DNA of 64,000 nucleotides from Euprymna scolopes. Its lineage: Eukaryota. Below are positions 52,092 through 61,435 of this stretch, piece by piece. Under the pieces are notes generated by a model. The model ran no database searches. It was not told the DNA's origin and worked only from the letters and a program-made list of their open reading frames with translations. Made by a program: the position numbers and the translations under genes. The stretch lies in assembly GCA_053919585.1 (NCBI GenBank), contig JBSSHM010000097.1; one strand, 5' to 3'. Numbering within the stretch: position 1 is the first letter of the stretch; the number at the start of each line of letters is the position of its first letter.

Positions 52092-52859
52092 ATGAAGAAA
52101 ATCTTATCTATTGGCATCGTTATATTGCTATTTTCAGGAGTATTGCAAGCAAAAGATTTGCGTATTGGTATTGAGGGAGTCTATCCCCCTTTTAGCCAAA
52201 CAAACGCTGATGGAAGTTTTAGTGGATTTGATATTGATATCACCCATGCACTGTGTTCGCAGATGGGGGTTAAATGCAAGCTTATTCAACAAGATTGGGA
52301 TGGTATGATTCCAGCACTGCTTGCACGTAAATACGATGCAATTATTGCCTCCATGACGATTACAGAGAAGCGTAAGAAAAAAGTAAACTTCACTGATAAA
52401 TATTATGCTTCTCCAGCCCGTTTTGTGGTGCCTAAAAAATCTAATTTTGATATTGTTAATGCAGATCTTAAAGGAAAAACAGTGGGTGTGCAATCTGCAA
52501 CTATTATGGAAAAATTTCTTATTGATAATTATCAAAAATTTGGCATTCTAAAGGTGCGTGGTTACAATACACAAGATGAAGCCAATCTTGATTTAGCCGC
52601 AGGGCGTGTAGACATAGGTTTTATGGAGTTTGGTGTATCAGAAGAATTTCTCAAATCCAAATCTGGAGCAAACTTTAAAATGATAGGTCCAAGTTTTGCA
52701 CAGGAAAAATGGTTTGGTGAAGGGATTGGTATTGCTGTTCGTAAGAATAGCCAATCATTGCTTAAGGATCTGAACAAGGCAATTAAAAGCATTCGTCAAA
52801 ATGGTCAATACGATAAAATTCGTAAAAAATACTTTGCCTATGACATCTATGGTGAATAA
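52092..52859 (+). CDS. Basic amino acid ABC substrate-binding protein (ArgT/HisJ family)
   Basis: YPPF, GFDIDI, WDGMIPAL, FGEGIGIAVRK. Confidence 0.93.
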   Translation: MKKILSIGIVILLFSGVLQAKDLRIGIEGVYPPFSQTNADGSFSGFDIDITHALCSQMGVKCKLIQQDWDGMIPALLARKYDAIIASMTITEKRKKKVNFTDKYYASPARFVVPKKSNFDIVNADLKGKTVGVQSATIMEKFLIDNYQKFGILKVRGYNTQDEANLDLAAGRVDIGFMEFGVSEEFLKSKSGANFKMIGPSFAQEKWFGEGIGIAVRKNSQSLLKDLNKAIKSIRQNGQYDKIRKKYFAYDIYGE

Positions 52860-52897
52860 TTAATCTATAGATAACATCCTTAATTATTAATTATTGA

Positions 52898-53603
52898 GTG
52901 ATAAACTCTGAAATTGCGGGCTATTTTTTTAACATAGTCAAGGGAGCAGTGATCACCATTGAGGTGGCATTGCTCTCACTTCTTGTTGCAACGGTAATTG
53001 GGGTCAGTGGTGCCTTGGCAAAAAAATCGCAAAAACCCCTTCATAATTTTCATTCTTAATTTATATACCACGATTATTCGTGGTATTCCTGAGTTGGTGC
53101 TAATGCTACTGATCTTTTTTGGTGGGCAAATGGCACTCAACCATATCATTTTTCTTTTAGGTTACGATACCTATGTTGATGTGAACCCATTTATCACAGG
53201 TGTACTTACCATTGGCTTTATTTACGGTGCCTACATGATAGAAACTTTCCGTGGTGCAATTAATTCTATAGAACATGCACAAATTGAAACGGCATATGCT
53301 TTTGGTATGAGCAAATGGCAAGTGACGAAAAAAATCATTTTTCCACAAATGACCCTTTATGCCTTACCTAGTTTTACCAACAATTGGTTAGTGTTGCTTA
53401 AATCCACCGCATTAGTATCGGTGATTGGGTTAAATGACATGGTGCGCATTGCCAGAGTGGCCAGTGGTTCGATTAAAGAGCCTTTTATTTTCTATTTTTT
53501 TGTCTGCTTGATTTTTTTGGCATTTACTGCAATCTCTTTATGGTTATTAAAAGCGGTGTGCCGTCGCTATAACATTGATAGCGAACAGGCATTAAATTCC
53601 TAG
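52898..53603 (+). CDS. Amino acid ABC permease (HisQ-like), frameshift ~53031-53039
   Basis: Upstream frame VINSEIAGYF...GALAKKSQ joins NPF...YTTIIRGIPELV. Confidence 0.85.
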
Positions 53604-53614
53604 TCATTATCGCA

Positions 53615-54304
53615 ATGGATCTCAGCATTATTTTTGAAAATCTCTATCGCTACGAATCAGGATTGTGGGTAACACTTCAGTTGACTTTTTTATCCGTTGG
53701 GATTGGTTTGGTGTTTGCGGTGTTGATTGCTTTGATGCGTGATGCTTCCAATAAAATATTATCCTCTTTTGCTAAAAGCTACATTTATGTGGTGCGTGGC
53801 ACACCATTGCTGGTGCAACTATATTTGGTGTATTATGGCTTATCGCAATTTGCATGGATGCGAGAAAGCTGGCTATGGGTGTTTTTCCGTGAGCCGTATT
53901 TTTGTGCCTTATTCACGTTGGTTATCAACACCAGCGGCTACGGTGCAGAGATTATTCGCGGAGCGATTAAGCAAACTTCTGTGTATGAAATTGAAGCAGG
54001 TTATGCCTTTGCTATGTCAAAAATGCAATGCTACCGTCGGGTGATTTTTCCTTCGGTGGTGAGACAAGCCATGCCTGCCTATTTTAATGAAATTATTTTG
54101 ATGCTACATGCTACATCATTAGTGAGTACCATCACCATTATGGATATTACGGGTGCAGCTAATCAAATCAACTCACGTTATTATGCTCCCTTTGAAGCCT
54201 ATTTAAGTGCTGGGGCATTATATCTCATTATTACCATGCTCCTAGTGGGCTCTTTCACGCTGATTGAAAAGCACGTGAACCGACATATGGTAGCCACTGC
54301 TTGA
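53615..54304 (+). CDS. Amino acid ABC permease (HisM-like)
   Basis: RGTPLLVQLYLVYYG, NEIILMLHATSL. Confidence 0.93.
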   Translation: MDLSIIFENLYRYESGLWVTLQLTFLSVGIGLVFAVLIALMRDASNKILSSFAKSYIYVVRGTPLLVQLYLVYYGLSQFAWMRESWLWVFFREPYFCALFTLVINTSGYGAEIIRGAIKQTSVYEIEAGYAFAMSKMQCYRRVIFPSVVRQAMPAYFNEIILMLHATSLVSTITIMDITGAANQINSRYYAPFEAYLSAGALYLIITMLLVGSFTLIEKHVNRHMVATA

Positions 54305-54364
54305 TGGACTTAATCACTAGTTAAATAAGTTACATAAAGAATAAAGGCTAGCTAAACACCAATG

Positions 54365-54993
54365 CTAGCTAAATAAAGTTTGCAACCAAGCGAGTAAGCG
54401 ATTATCTGCTAAATGATAGGCGTTCCACATCACGAATATAAACAACAATATCTGCAACGCATAATCGGTGTAGACCAGCGATGCATTTAATTTGCCATGT
54501 TGGTAGGGGAGGTCTTCTTTTTCAAAATATAGAGAATACCGTACCCAAATTAGCGAAGGGAAAAAGATACTGGCAAGTATCAGCAAGAGCCATTGCTCCT
54601 GCTCCTGTTTCTACCACTGCTACTATTCCTAAGGCAAAAGCGGCAAAAAATAGTGCCATGCCAGTGAGATTAACCAGACATATTGTTGCCAGCCAATAGT
54701 TTAAGGTAAAGGTGGTGAGTGTGCTGAGGATAAGGATAAACCAGAACGCTCAATGTTTATACCAGCCTTCTTTTGGGATATAAATTGCTTTTAAAAATAA
54801 AGTATTGGCTTGCTTGATGGAGGCAGGGGTTTTGAGCAGCAGCAAGGGGGCAATGAGCAGAGCAGAAACAATATGCCCATACCAATCAAAATATAGAGCA
54901 ATGCCCCAGGTTAAGCCTGTGAAAAATACTGTTTCAATCATGGCTAAGAGCGAGATTTGTTGCTGGTTCATGCTTTGCTCTGTGGAGTGCATG
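54365..54993 (-). pseudogene. Disrupted multi-TM membrane protein
   Basis: Hydrophobic frame continues through an in-frame TGA at 54750-54752, then shifts into ORF 54365-54586. Confidence 0.55.
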
Positions 54994-55177
54994 ACCCAGT
55001 CTTTTTTTTGTATCCAATTTTTACACATAGTTTTTACACATAGCAAGCGTGTTGGTATGGGTTGGTATGGTGGTTATGATGAATATGTGCCGTATTGCCA
55101 TGCGACTTAACATACGGCTTAATAGTTAATTGTATGGGATAAGCGCTAGGGGTTGTTTGTGAGCGTTGTTGACTTGG

Positions 55178-56095
55178 TTATTGAGTGAGCGTGTAGGCAA
55201 TGGTGGGTGGGGGAGTGGGGCAGTGCTGATGGTAGCGGATGGGATGAATGTCTAGCCCACCACGGCGAGTGAAGGCACTACCGATGAGGAGGCTTTGAGA
55301 GTTCTCACCGTTTGCTAGCAAATAGTCTACAAAATCACAAAACATTTGTTCCACGCATTGCTCATGAAAGCTTTGATGATTGCGAAAGCTGAGCCAGTAG
55401 GTGAGTAGGAGTTGCGAGGGGATGGGATTGTGCTGGGTGTAGACTAAGGCAAAATCTGGCTGGGAAGTTACTGGGCAGAGGCTACGAAATAGCTGGCTAT
55501 ACAGCAGATGCTTATGTGCCTCTTCTTTTTGATTGATTGGTTTCTTTTCTTTTTTTCTTTGTATCATTTTCTGCTCCTCTTCTTGTATTCTGATGGAGTA
55601 TTCACTATGCCTTGGGTTAAGGGCTTGTAAACAATCACAACGATTCGCATAGGTGGGTAAGGTGGTAAGTTGGGAGCGATAACTATCCACACAGATTCCA
55701 TTTGGTTCAGCTCGTATAAGCTCGTTGGTGTCCAATATTTTTAGGGTGGGTGCAACGCCAAGTATGGGGGTGAGGTCTTTCTGTATCAGTGCTAAATAGT
55801 CTGTAGCTTTGCCAACGCAGTGATTATTGAGGCTATTAAGGTAGAGTTTGAGTGATTTGGATTCAACAATGTTTGGGCTATGGGCGGATACGCTCATTTG
55901 TACAACGGCGTGTTGGGGGATGCCTTTTTTATTTAACCAACTGCATTCCCATAAGGTCCATTTATCCACTCCTGTGAGGTGTTGAAGTATGTGTTGTGGT
56001 AGGGTGCTTCTTCCTAGGGTGCGAGCAATGGGTGATAGGGATTGGGGGGAGTATGTAGTGGGTTGTGGTGTGTCTTTTCCTAGTGGGATGTTCAT
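55178..56095 (-). CDS. queF: NADPH-dependent preQ0 reductase, long form
   Basis: VESKSLKLYLNS, SLCPVTSQPD, FHEQCVE, TRRGGLDI. Confidence 0.93.
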   Translation of the reverse strand: MNIPLGKDTPQPTTYSPQSLSPIARTLGRSTLPQHILQHLTGVDKWTLWECSWLNKKGIPQHAVVQMSVSAHSPNIVESKSLKLYLNSLNNHCVGKATDYLALIQKDLTPILGVAPTLKILDTNELIRAEPNGICVDSYRSQLTTLPTYANRCDCLQALNPRHSEYSIRIQEEEQKMIQRKKEKKPINQKEEAHKHLLYSQLFRSLCPVTSQPDFALVYTQHNPIPSQLLLTYWLSFRNHQSFHEQCVEQMFCDFVDYLLANGENSQSLLIGSAFTRRGGLDIHPIRYHQHCPTPPPTIAYTLTQ

Positions 56096-56270
56096 GGGGG
56101 TTATGGATTTGTTGGTTGCTGATGCAGTGAATACAGGCGTGTAAAAAGTTGTAAAAAATGGGTAATTAAGCGAATGATGAAATGAATTGTATATGCTTTA
56201 TATGTGCTTAGTGTAATAAGTTCATGCTTATTATCTATCATCATTTTTATGCTGTCAATTTTATTTACAA

Positions 56271-56302
56271 ATTAGTAACAGATTAGTAACAATTATGTTA
56301 CA
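56271..56302. promoter_or_regulatory. Direct plus inverted repeat upstream of the dcw cluster (candidate operator)
   Basis: ATTAGTAACA x2 with 11-bp period; GTAACA-atta-TGTTAC. Confidence 0.45.
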
Positions 56303-56367
56303 ATAATTTACTTAAGTAGTATGGGAAATCCTTTTTATAAAACCTATTTTGTTGCTGTTTGTCATCA

Positions 56368-56586
56368 ATGCCGAAAGAAAAAGCTGATACAGAAAAAATG
56401 CATCGAGTATCCATATCGCTCAATGATAGGACGTACAAGATGCTTTGCTACATGAGTGAAAATGGCTACATGAATGCGAATAAGCCAACTACTCTAGCTG
56501 CAGATGTGGTGAAAAATTTTGTGTGGGAGAACTTTAGCAAGGCAAGCCAAACATTTAAGGATATTGATGAAGATCTAGATGGCTGA
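56368..56586 (+). CDS. Small ribbon-helix-helix-like protein in the mraZ position
   Basis: RVSISLN strand plus two helices; overlaps the rsmH start; no MraZ DxxGR repeats. Confidence 0.6.
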   Translation: MPKEKADTEKMHRVSISLNDRTYKMLCYMSENGYMNANKPTTLAADVVKNFVWENFSKASQTFKDIDEDLDG

Positions 56587-57514
56587 AAAAGATGAAAATC
56601 AGGAGCATCATCCTGTTTTATTGCAATCTTCCATTGGCTATTTAATTACGGATAAAGACGGCGTTTATATTGATGGGACATATGGCAGAGGTGGTCATAG
56701 TCAGGAAATATTAAAGAGGATTTCTCAGCAGGCTAAACTGTTTGTTTTTGATCAAGATATTGAGGCAATAGCTGAGGCACAGAAGTTGGGGAAGAAAGAT
56801 GTGCGAGTGAGCATTTTTCATCAAAATTTCCGTCATATGCATAGAGAAATAAACCGATGTGGCGTGTTAGGAAAAGTGAGCGGTTTGTTTTTGGATATTG
56901 GAGTATCTTCTCCACAATTAGATAACCCAGAACGGGGCTTTAGTTTTCAGCATAGCGGACCGCTTGATATGCGCATGAATAATCAGCAAGGAATGAGTGC
57001 CTTGCAGTGGTTAAAAGAGGCAAAGGTTGAGCAAATTCGCCAGGCTTTTAAGGATTTTGCTGATGTGCGAGGAGCTGGGAAATGGGCACGATTGATTAAG
57101 GAAAAAGCGTTAGCTAATGAAATTTTAGGGACACAAGATTTGGCGAGTTTGGTTGAGAAGCATACGCCAAAAAAAGTGCAGATGCAAATGAATATTCATC
57201 CGGCAACGCGAATTTTTCAAGCTATTCGTATTGCGGTTAATGATGAGATTGCTTCGCTCAAGGAAGTTTTACAAAGTGCTAAGGAGGTGCTTGGTAAAGG
57301 AGGGCGTTTGGTGGTGATTAGTTTTCATTCTGTGGAACATCGTTTATTACGAAGTTTTGCAAGGGAGAAGCAATCACAATTGCCAGTAAATTTTCCAGTT
57401 ATTGAACAGGAAGATTGGAGGATTATTCGGATGTTGGAGCATCCGAGTGATGCTGAAGTAGAAAAAAACAGGAGAGCAAGAAGTGCACGTTTAACTGTTT
57501 TAGAAAAAGTGTAA
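56579..57514 (+). CDS. rsmH: 16S rRNA m4C1402 methyltransferase
   Basis: HHPVLL, DGTYGRGGHS, GVSSPQLD, PLDMRM, ISFHS. Confidence 0.98.
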   Translation: MAEKDENQEHHPVLLQSSIGYLITDKDGVYIDGTYGRGGHSQEILKRISQQAKLFVFDQDIEAIAEAQKLGKKDVRVSIFHQNFRHMHREINRCGVLGKVSGLFLDIGVSSPQLDNPERGFSFQHSGPLDMRMNNQQGMSALQWLKEAKVEQIRQAFKDFADVRGAGKWARLIKEKALANEILGTQDLASLVEKHTPKKVQMQMNIHPATRIFQAIRIAVNDEIASLKEVLQSAKEVLGKGGRLVVISFHSVEHRLLRSFAREKQSQLPVNFPVIEQEDWRIIRMLEHPSDAEVEKNRRARSARLTVLEKV

Positions 57515-57614
57515 ATCTTTTAACAGAGACTTACAGGATAGGCTTTTTCTGTTATGAAAGTATGCTCTGAGTGTGGGAGTATAAAAATTAACAAAATAAT
57601 TCAAGGAGATAGAC

Positions 57615-59117
57615 ATGGAATATACATTGTTAGAAAATGGTATGCCATTTGAAATTGTTGAGTCACCAGAGGTGATGACTGCAAGTAGTGGGATGAATTC
57701 ATCAGATAGTGAAAGTTTCTCATCAGAGGATGAGGTGGAGTTTCTAGAGGAAGATTCGTTTATGCAGAATAGTGTTCAATCAGTTAATCAATCAGTTGAG
57801 TCACCAATAAAACAATCGGGACACTTTAATTGTACGGTTGTGGGGATTGGTAATTATGGTTGTCAAAATATCGATTATATTAGTGAAAAAACAAATCGAT
57901 GTTCTTTTATTAAAATTAATGCAGATTTTACCCATCAGGATGATTGCTTTGAGTATATTACTCTTAGTGAGGATAAGCTAGGCAGTAGTGTGGATGAAAA
58001 GCTGAAAGAAGAATTGCAATCTCGGTTGCAGAAGGGGTTTGAACAGGCAGATATTGTGATTGTCGTAGCTTCTTTAACAGATGAGTTTGGCGAAATAACG
58101 CCTATTATTTGTGAGCAGTTAAATCGTATTGAAAAATCAAATGTAGTGGTGTTGTTTAAGCCAACGGATCATTTTCAGAGTGATGTCGATAAGGCAAATA
58201 TTATTTTAGATAAGGTTAAGGAAGCACAGCAAGGTGAAGAAGCAATAAAAAATTCCTTGGTTATTCTTTCAGAAAAAAAAGCTAGTGCACGCTATCAAAT
58301 TGTTACGGATAGGTGGGAAGGATTGTTTGCCACAGTTTATGATATTACCGAATGTTTAGATACATTTCTTAATCCTAAAAATAGTGCACAGATTAGTTTA
58401 TCTCGTGTGCGTAAGATGCTTAATTGTGGTGGTCCTACTTTTTATGGTCGTATTACCACTAAGATTGATGAAAATGATCAGGATGGAACATTGCTAGATA
58501 GCTTGCCAGAAAGCCTTAGAGAGCAATCTTTTGTTGATGATGCGGATTTGTTGCGCGCTCGTAATCTTGTGGCAATTGTGAAAAGTTCTGGTGAGTTTAG
58601 TACGATCATAGAAGGACAGTTAAAATCTCAGTTAGGTAAAATTGCCAATGCAAATTATAGCCAATCGTATCAGCAGCAGGTGGTACATCTTAGTCATCTT
58701 TATGATGAGAATATTTCTGAGGGAGAGATGGAGATTATTTTTCTTGCCACAGGCATCACTGGTGAGACAAATGCGATGGAAAGTGGTGTAGATTCTGAAC
58801 AAGAAGTATTGACAGGTGATGTTGAGCTTGAAACACTAACACAGGAAGCTAGTGAGCATAGGGAAGAGGCAGGCATGACACCGAAAATGGTTGCTCAACC
58901 ACCTTCTTCAGTTGCTCAGAAAAAAATGGAGGGACTTGCTCCCAAATCTTCTAAAATTATGCCCCTATCTTTAGGTAATTCAGTTGCTCAGAAAAAAATG
59001 GAGGGACTTGCTCCCAAATCTTCTAAAATTATGCCCCTATCTTTAGGTAAGCCACCTAGTGCAAATGAGGAAAATAGAGAAGATATTCCGCCTATCTTGA
59101 AAAATCAGTATAATTGA
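57615..59117 (+). CDS. Highly divergent FtsZ homologue with degenerate GTPase motifs
   Basis: Colinear FtsZ-like blocks VVGIGNYG, FIKINAD, ADIVIVVA, LFKP, NSLVIL, DLLRARNLV, IIFLATGI and tail EDIPPILKNQ; good RBS GGAGA. Confidence 0.8.
   Translation: MEYTLLENGMPFEIVESPEVMTASSGMNSSDSESFSSEDEVEFLEEDSFMQNSVQSVNQSVESPIKQSGHFNCTVVGIGNYGCQNIDYISEKTNRCSFIKINADFTHQDDCFEYITLSEDKLGSSVDEKLKEELQSRLQKGFEQADIVIVVASLTDEFGEITPIICEQLNRIEKSNVVVLFKPTDHFQSDVDKANIILDKVKEAQQGEEAIKNSLVILSEKKASARYQIVTDRWEGLFATVYDITECLDTFLNPKNSAQISLSRVRKMLNCGGPTFYGRITTKIDENDQDGTLLDSLPESLREQSFVDDADLLRARNLVAIVKSSGEFSTIIEGQLKSQLGKIANANYSQSYQQQVVHLSHLYDENISEGEMEIIFLATGITGETNAMESGVDSEQEVLTGDVELETLTQEASEHREEAGMTPKMVAQPPSSVAQKKMEGLAPKSSKIMPLSLGNSVAQKKMEGLAPKSSKIMPLSLGKPPSANEENREDIPPILKNQYN
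58907..59050 (+). repeat. Perfect 72-bp tandem duplication in the FtsZ-like linker
   Basis: 58907-58978 equals 58979-59050 (SVAQKKMEGLAPKSSKIMPLSLG x2). Confidence 0.95.
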
Positions 59118-59148
59118 AGAAAATTTTTCTAAATTGATATAAAGTATT

Positions 59149-59454
59149 TTGGCATCAGGAACACATACCCGTTGGCTCATATGGTTTGGAGCATTAGGCT
59201 TATTTGTGTTGAATTGCTTTTGGATTATTGATCAAGCATATAGCTATCGCAAAAGTGTAGCGGAATTGTATCAATTGCAGAAAGTACTGCATAGAACAAA
59301 AAGTATTCATACGCAAAGGCATATTTATTCTCAGTATCAACAATCTTTATACAATATTGAGCAATCAGCACGACAGCAGGGGCTATCTAAACCTAGTAAG
59401 GTAAGAAGCTATATCATTAAGTCACAGGAATATTCTCAACATTCAACACGGTGA
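59149..59454 (+). CDS. ftsL: Cell division protein FtsL (divergent)
   Basis: Single TM, coiled coil, IEQSARQQGLSKP; directly before ftsI. Confidence 0.7.
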   Translation: MASGTHTRWLIWFGALGLFVLNCFWIIDQAYSYRKSVAELYQLQKVLHRTKSIHTQRHIYSQYQQSLYNIEQSARQQGLSKPSKVRSYIIKSQEYSQHSTR

Positions 59455-59484
59455 TACATAATTGATGTGACCGTCTGACTCTTT

Positions 59485-61428
59485 ATGTTCTCTATCATAA
59501 AATTTATCCAAGCAAAGTGGCGCTTTTCTTTGGTTTTATTTGCTGGTTTGATGGGGCTATTATCTCTTGGTATCAAAGGGTATTTGAATACACAAAGTTC
59601 AATTCTTAAAGCTAAATCAAAAAATGTTATTCATCGTGTTGTTACGCATAATGCTCCCAGAGGCTCTATCTTAGATCATCAGGGACGTGTACTGGCAGTG
59701 GATGTGTCATTTTATGAGTATGATTTTGATATGGACTTATTGCATCAAAAATGGTTGGCTACTTATACTCGCAATATGTCAGAAGAGGAACTAAAAAGTA
59801 ATCCTTTTGATTTCACTCATTATTTAGATAAAGCAGAAATACAATTAGCAATTACTAAGATTGCCAAAATTTTTTCTATTTCAGAAAAAGAATTTAATAA
59901 AGTTTTACAGGCTAATGGAGGTAGCAAAAAGCAATGGGTGATACAAAAAAAAATCACTTTACAAGAACATGAAAATTTTCAAAGGCTTAAGAGGAATTTC
60001 TTGCAACAGCAAAAAGCGATAGTTAAAAAATATAAAAAGGGTTATCATACAGAGTTCAAAAAAATTAGTTAGTCAAGAAAAAAGTGATGAGATATTAAAT
60101 GAATATAGGAACAATGGTCGTGTAGCCTTTTTTAAATTGGAAACGACTCAACAAGTAGTGAGGAGTTTTTTTGATGCGATTTCTTTTTATGAGTACTATC
60201 AGCGGACGTATCCTTATCAAAATGTTTTATCGCAATTGCTTGGACATATGCGTATTGATAAAAATAGAGAGGCATTTGATGGTGTAGAAAAACGATTGGA
60301 TAAACAATTGCGAGGAAGTAGTGGTAGGATTGAATACCTTAAGAATATGTATGGTAAACGTGTGGAGATCGTGGATAATGCAAATACACATCCTACTAAG
60401 TCGGGCAAAGATGTTAGGTTGACAATTGATTATCGTTTGCAATATATCCTTAATAGAGAGCTTTATAAACAGTTACATAGGCATAGGGCAGAGAGTGCAT
60501 CGGCATTGTTGGTTGAGGTGGAAAGTGGTGCAATTAGAGCCGTTGCTTCACAGCCAAATTACAATCCAAATAATAATTATGAGCGTACAAGCTACCGAAC
60601 ACGTTTGCGTTCGTTATTAGATTATGTAGAACCTGGGTCAGTACAAAAACCTCTGTTAATTGCTGCAGGATTGGAGAGTGGGGAATTGATGGAGGATTCA
60701 AACGGTAAGCGTTAGCCGTTCAAATTATTTTACATGGCGGAATTCCCCTCTAGTTGAAAGACGCTACACAAAACCAACAACAATTGGTATTGAAGAAGTC
60801 ATTAAATATTCTATTAATAGCGGCATAGTGAAATTTGCTGAGAAAGTTAATAAAGAATCTTTGTGGATGCTTTATGATAAGTTAGGCTATGGGGCAGAAT
60901 ACGATATTTTTGAAGGCAGGAGAGGGATTTCCAATCTTGCCCATTCAGATAGCTGGAATGACAGTGATTATTTTACTCGTACTTATGGCTACTCTGAAAA
61001 ATTAACTATTTTTAATATTCTTGCTTTTTATCTTGCTGTTGCCAATAAAGGGATTTTGCCACCTATACATCTTTTACCTAAGAAGCAAGATGAGATTCGT
61101 AGACATTCAGTTCGTGTGTTAAACACGCATACTGCTGATATCATGACAGAAATTTTGTCTCAAGTTACTAAAGGTTATGGTACTGGGCGATTAGCGAGGG
61201 TGAAGGGGATTGATGTGTCAGGAAAAACAGGAACAAGTCGTAAGGGGGGGGTATCAATATTAAAATATCGAGCAACATTTATTGGTTTTGCACCACGGAA
61301 TAATCCAAAATATGTATTGGGCAGTCATGGTGGATGAACCAAGTCAAAATGAGGAGCTTTATTCTGGTGGCTCGGTTGCAGCCCCTTTGTTTGCTAGTAT
61401 TATGGAACAGGCTTTGAAGGAAATGTAA
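59485..61428 (+). CDS. ftsI: PBP3 transpeptidase, three apparent frameshifts (~60060, ~60700, ~61320)
   Basis: RGSILD, EPGSVQK (SxxK), SIN (SxN), GKTGT; each break is repaired by removing one base from an A or G run. Confidence 0.9.
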
Positions 61429-61435
61429 GTTGAAT

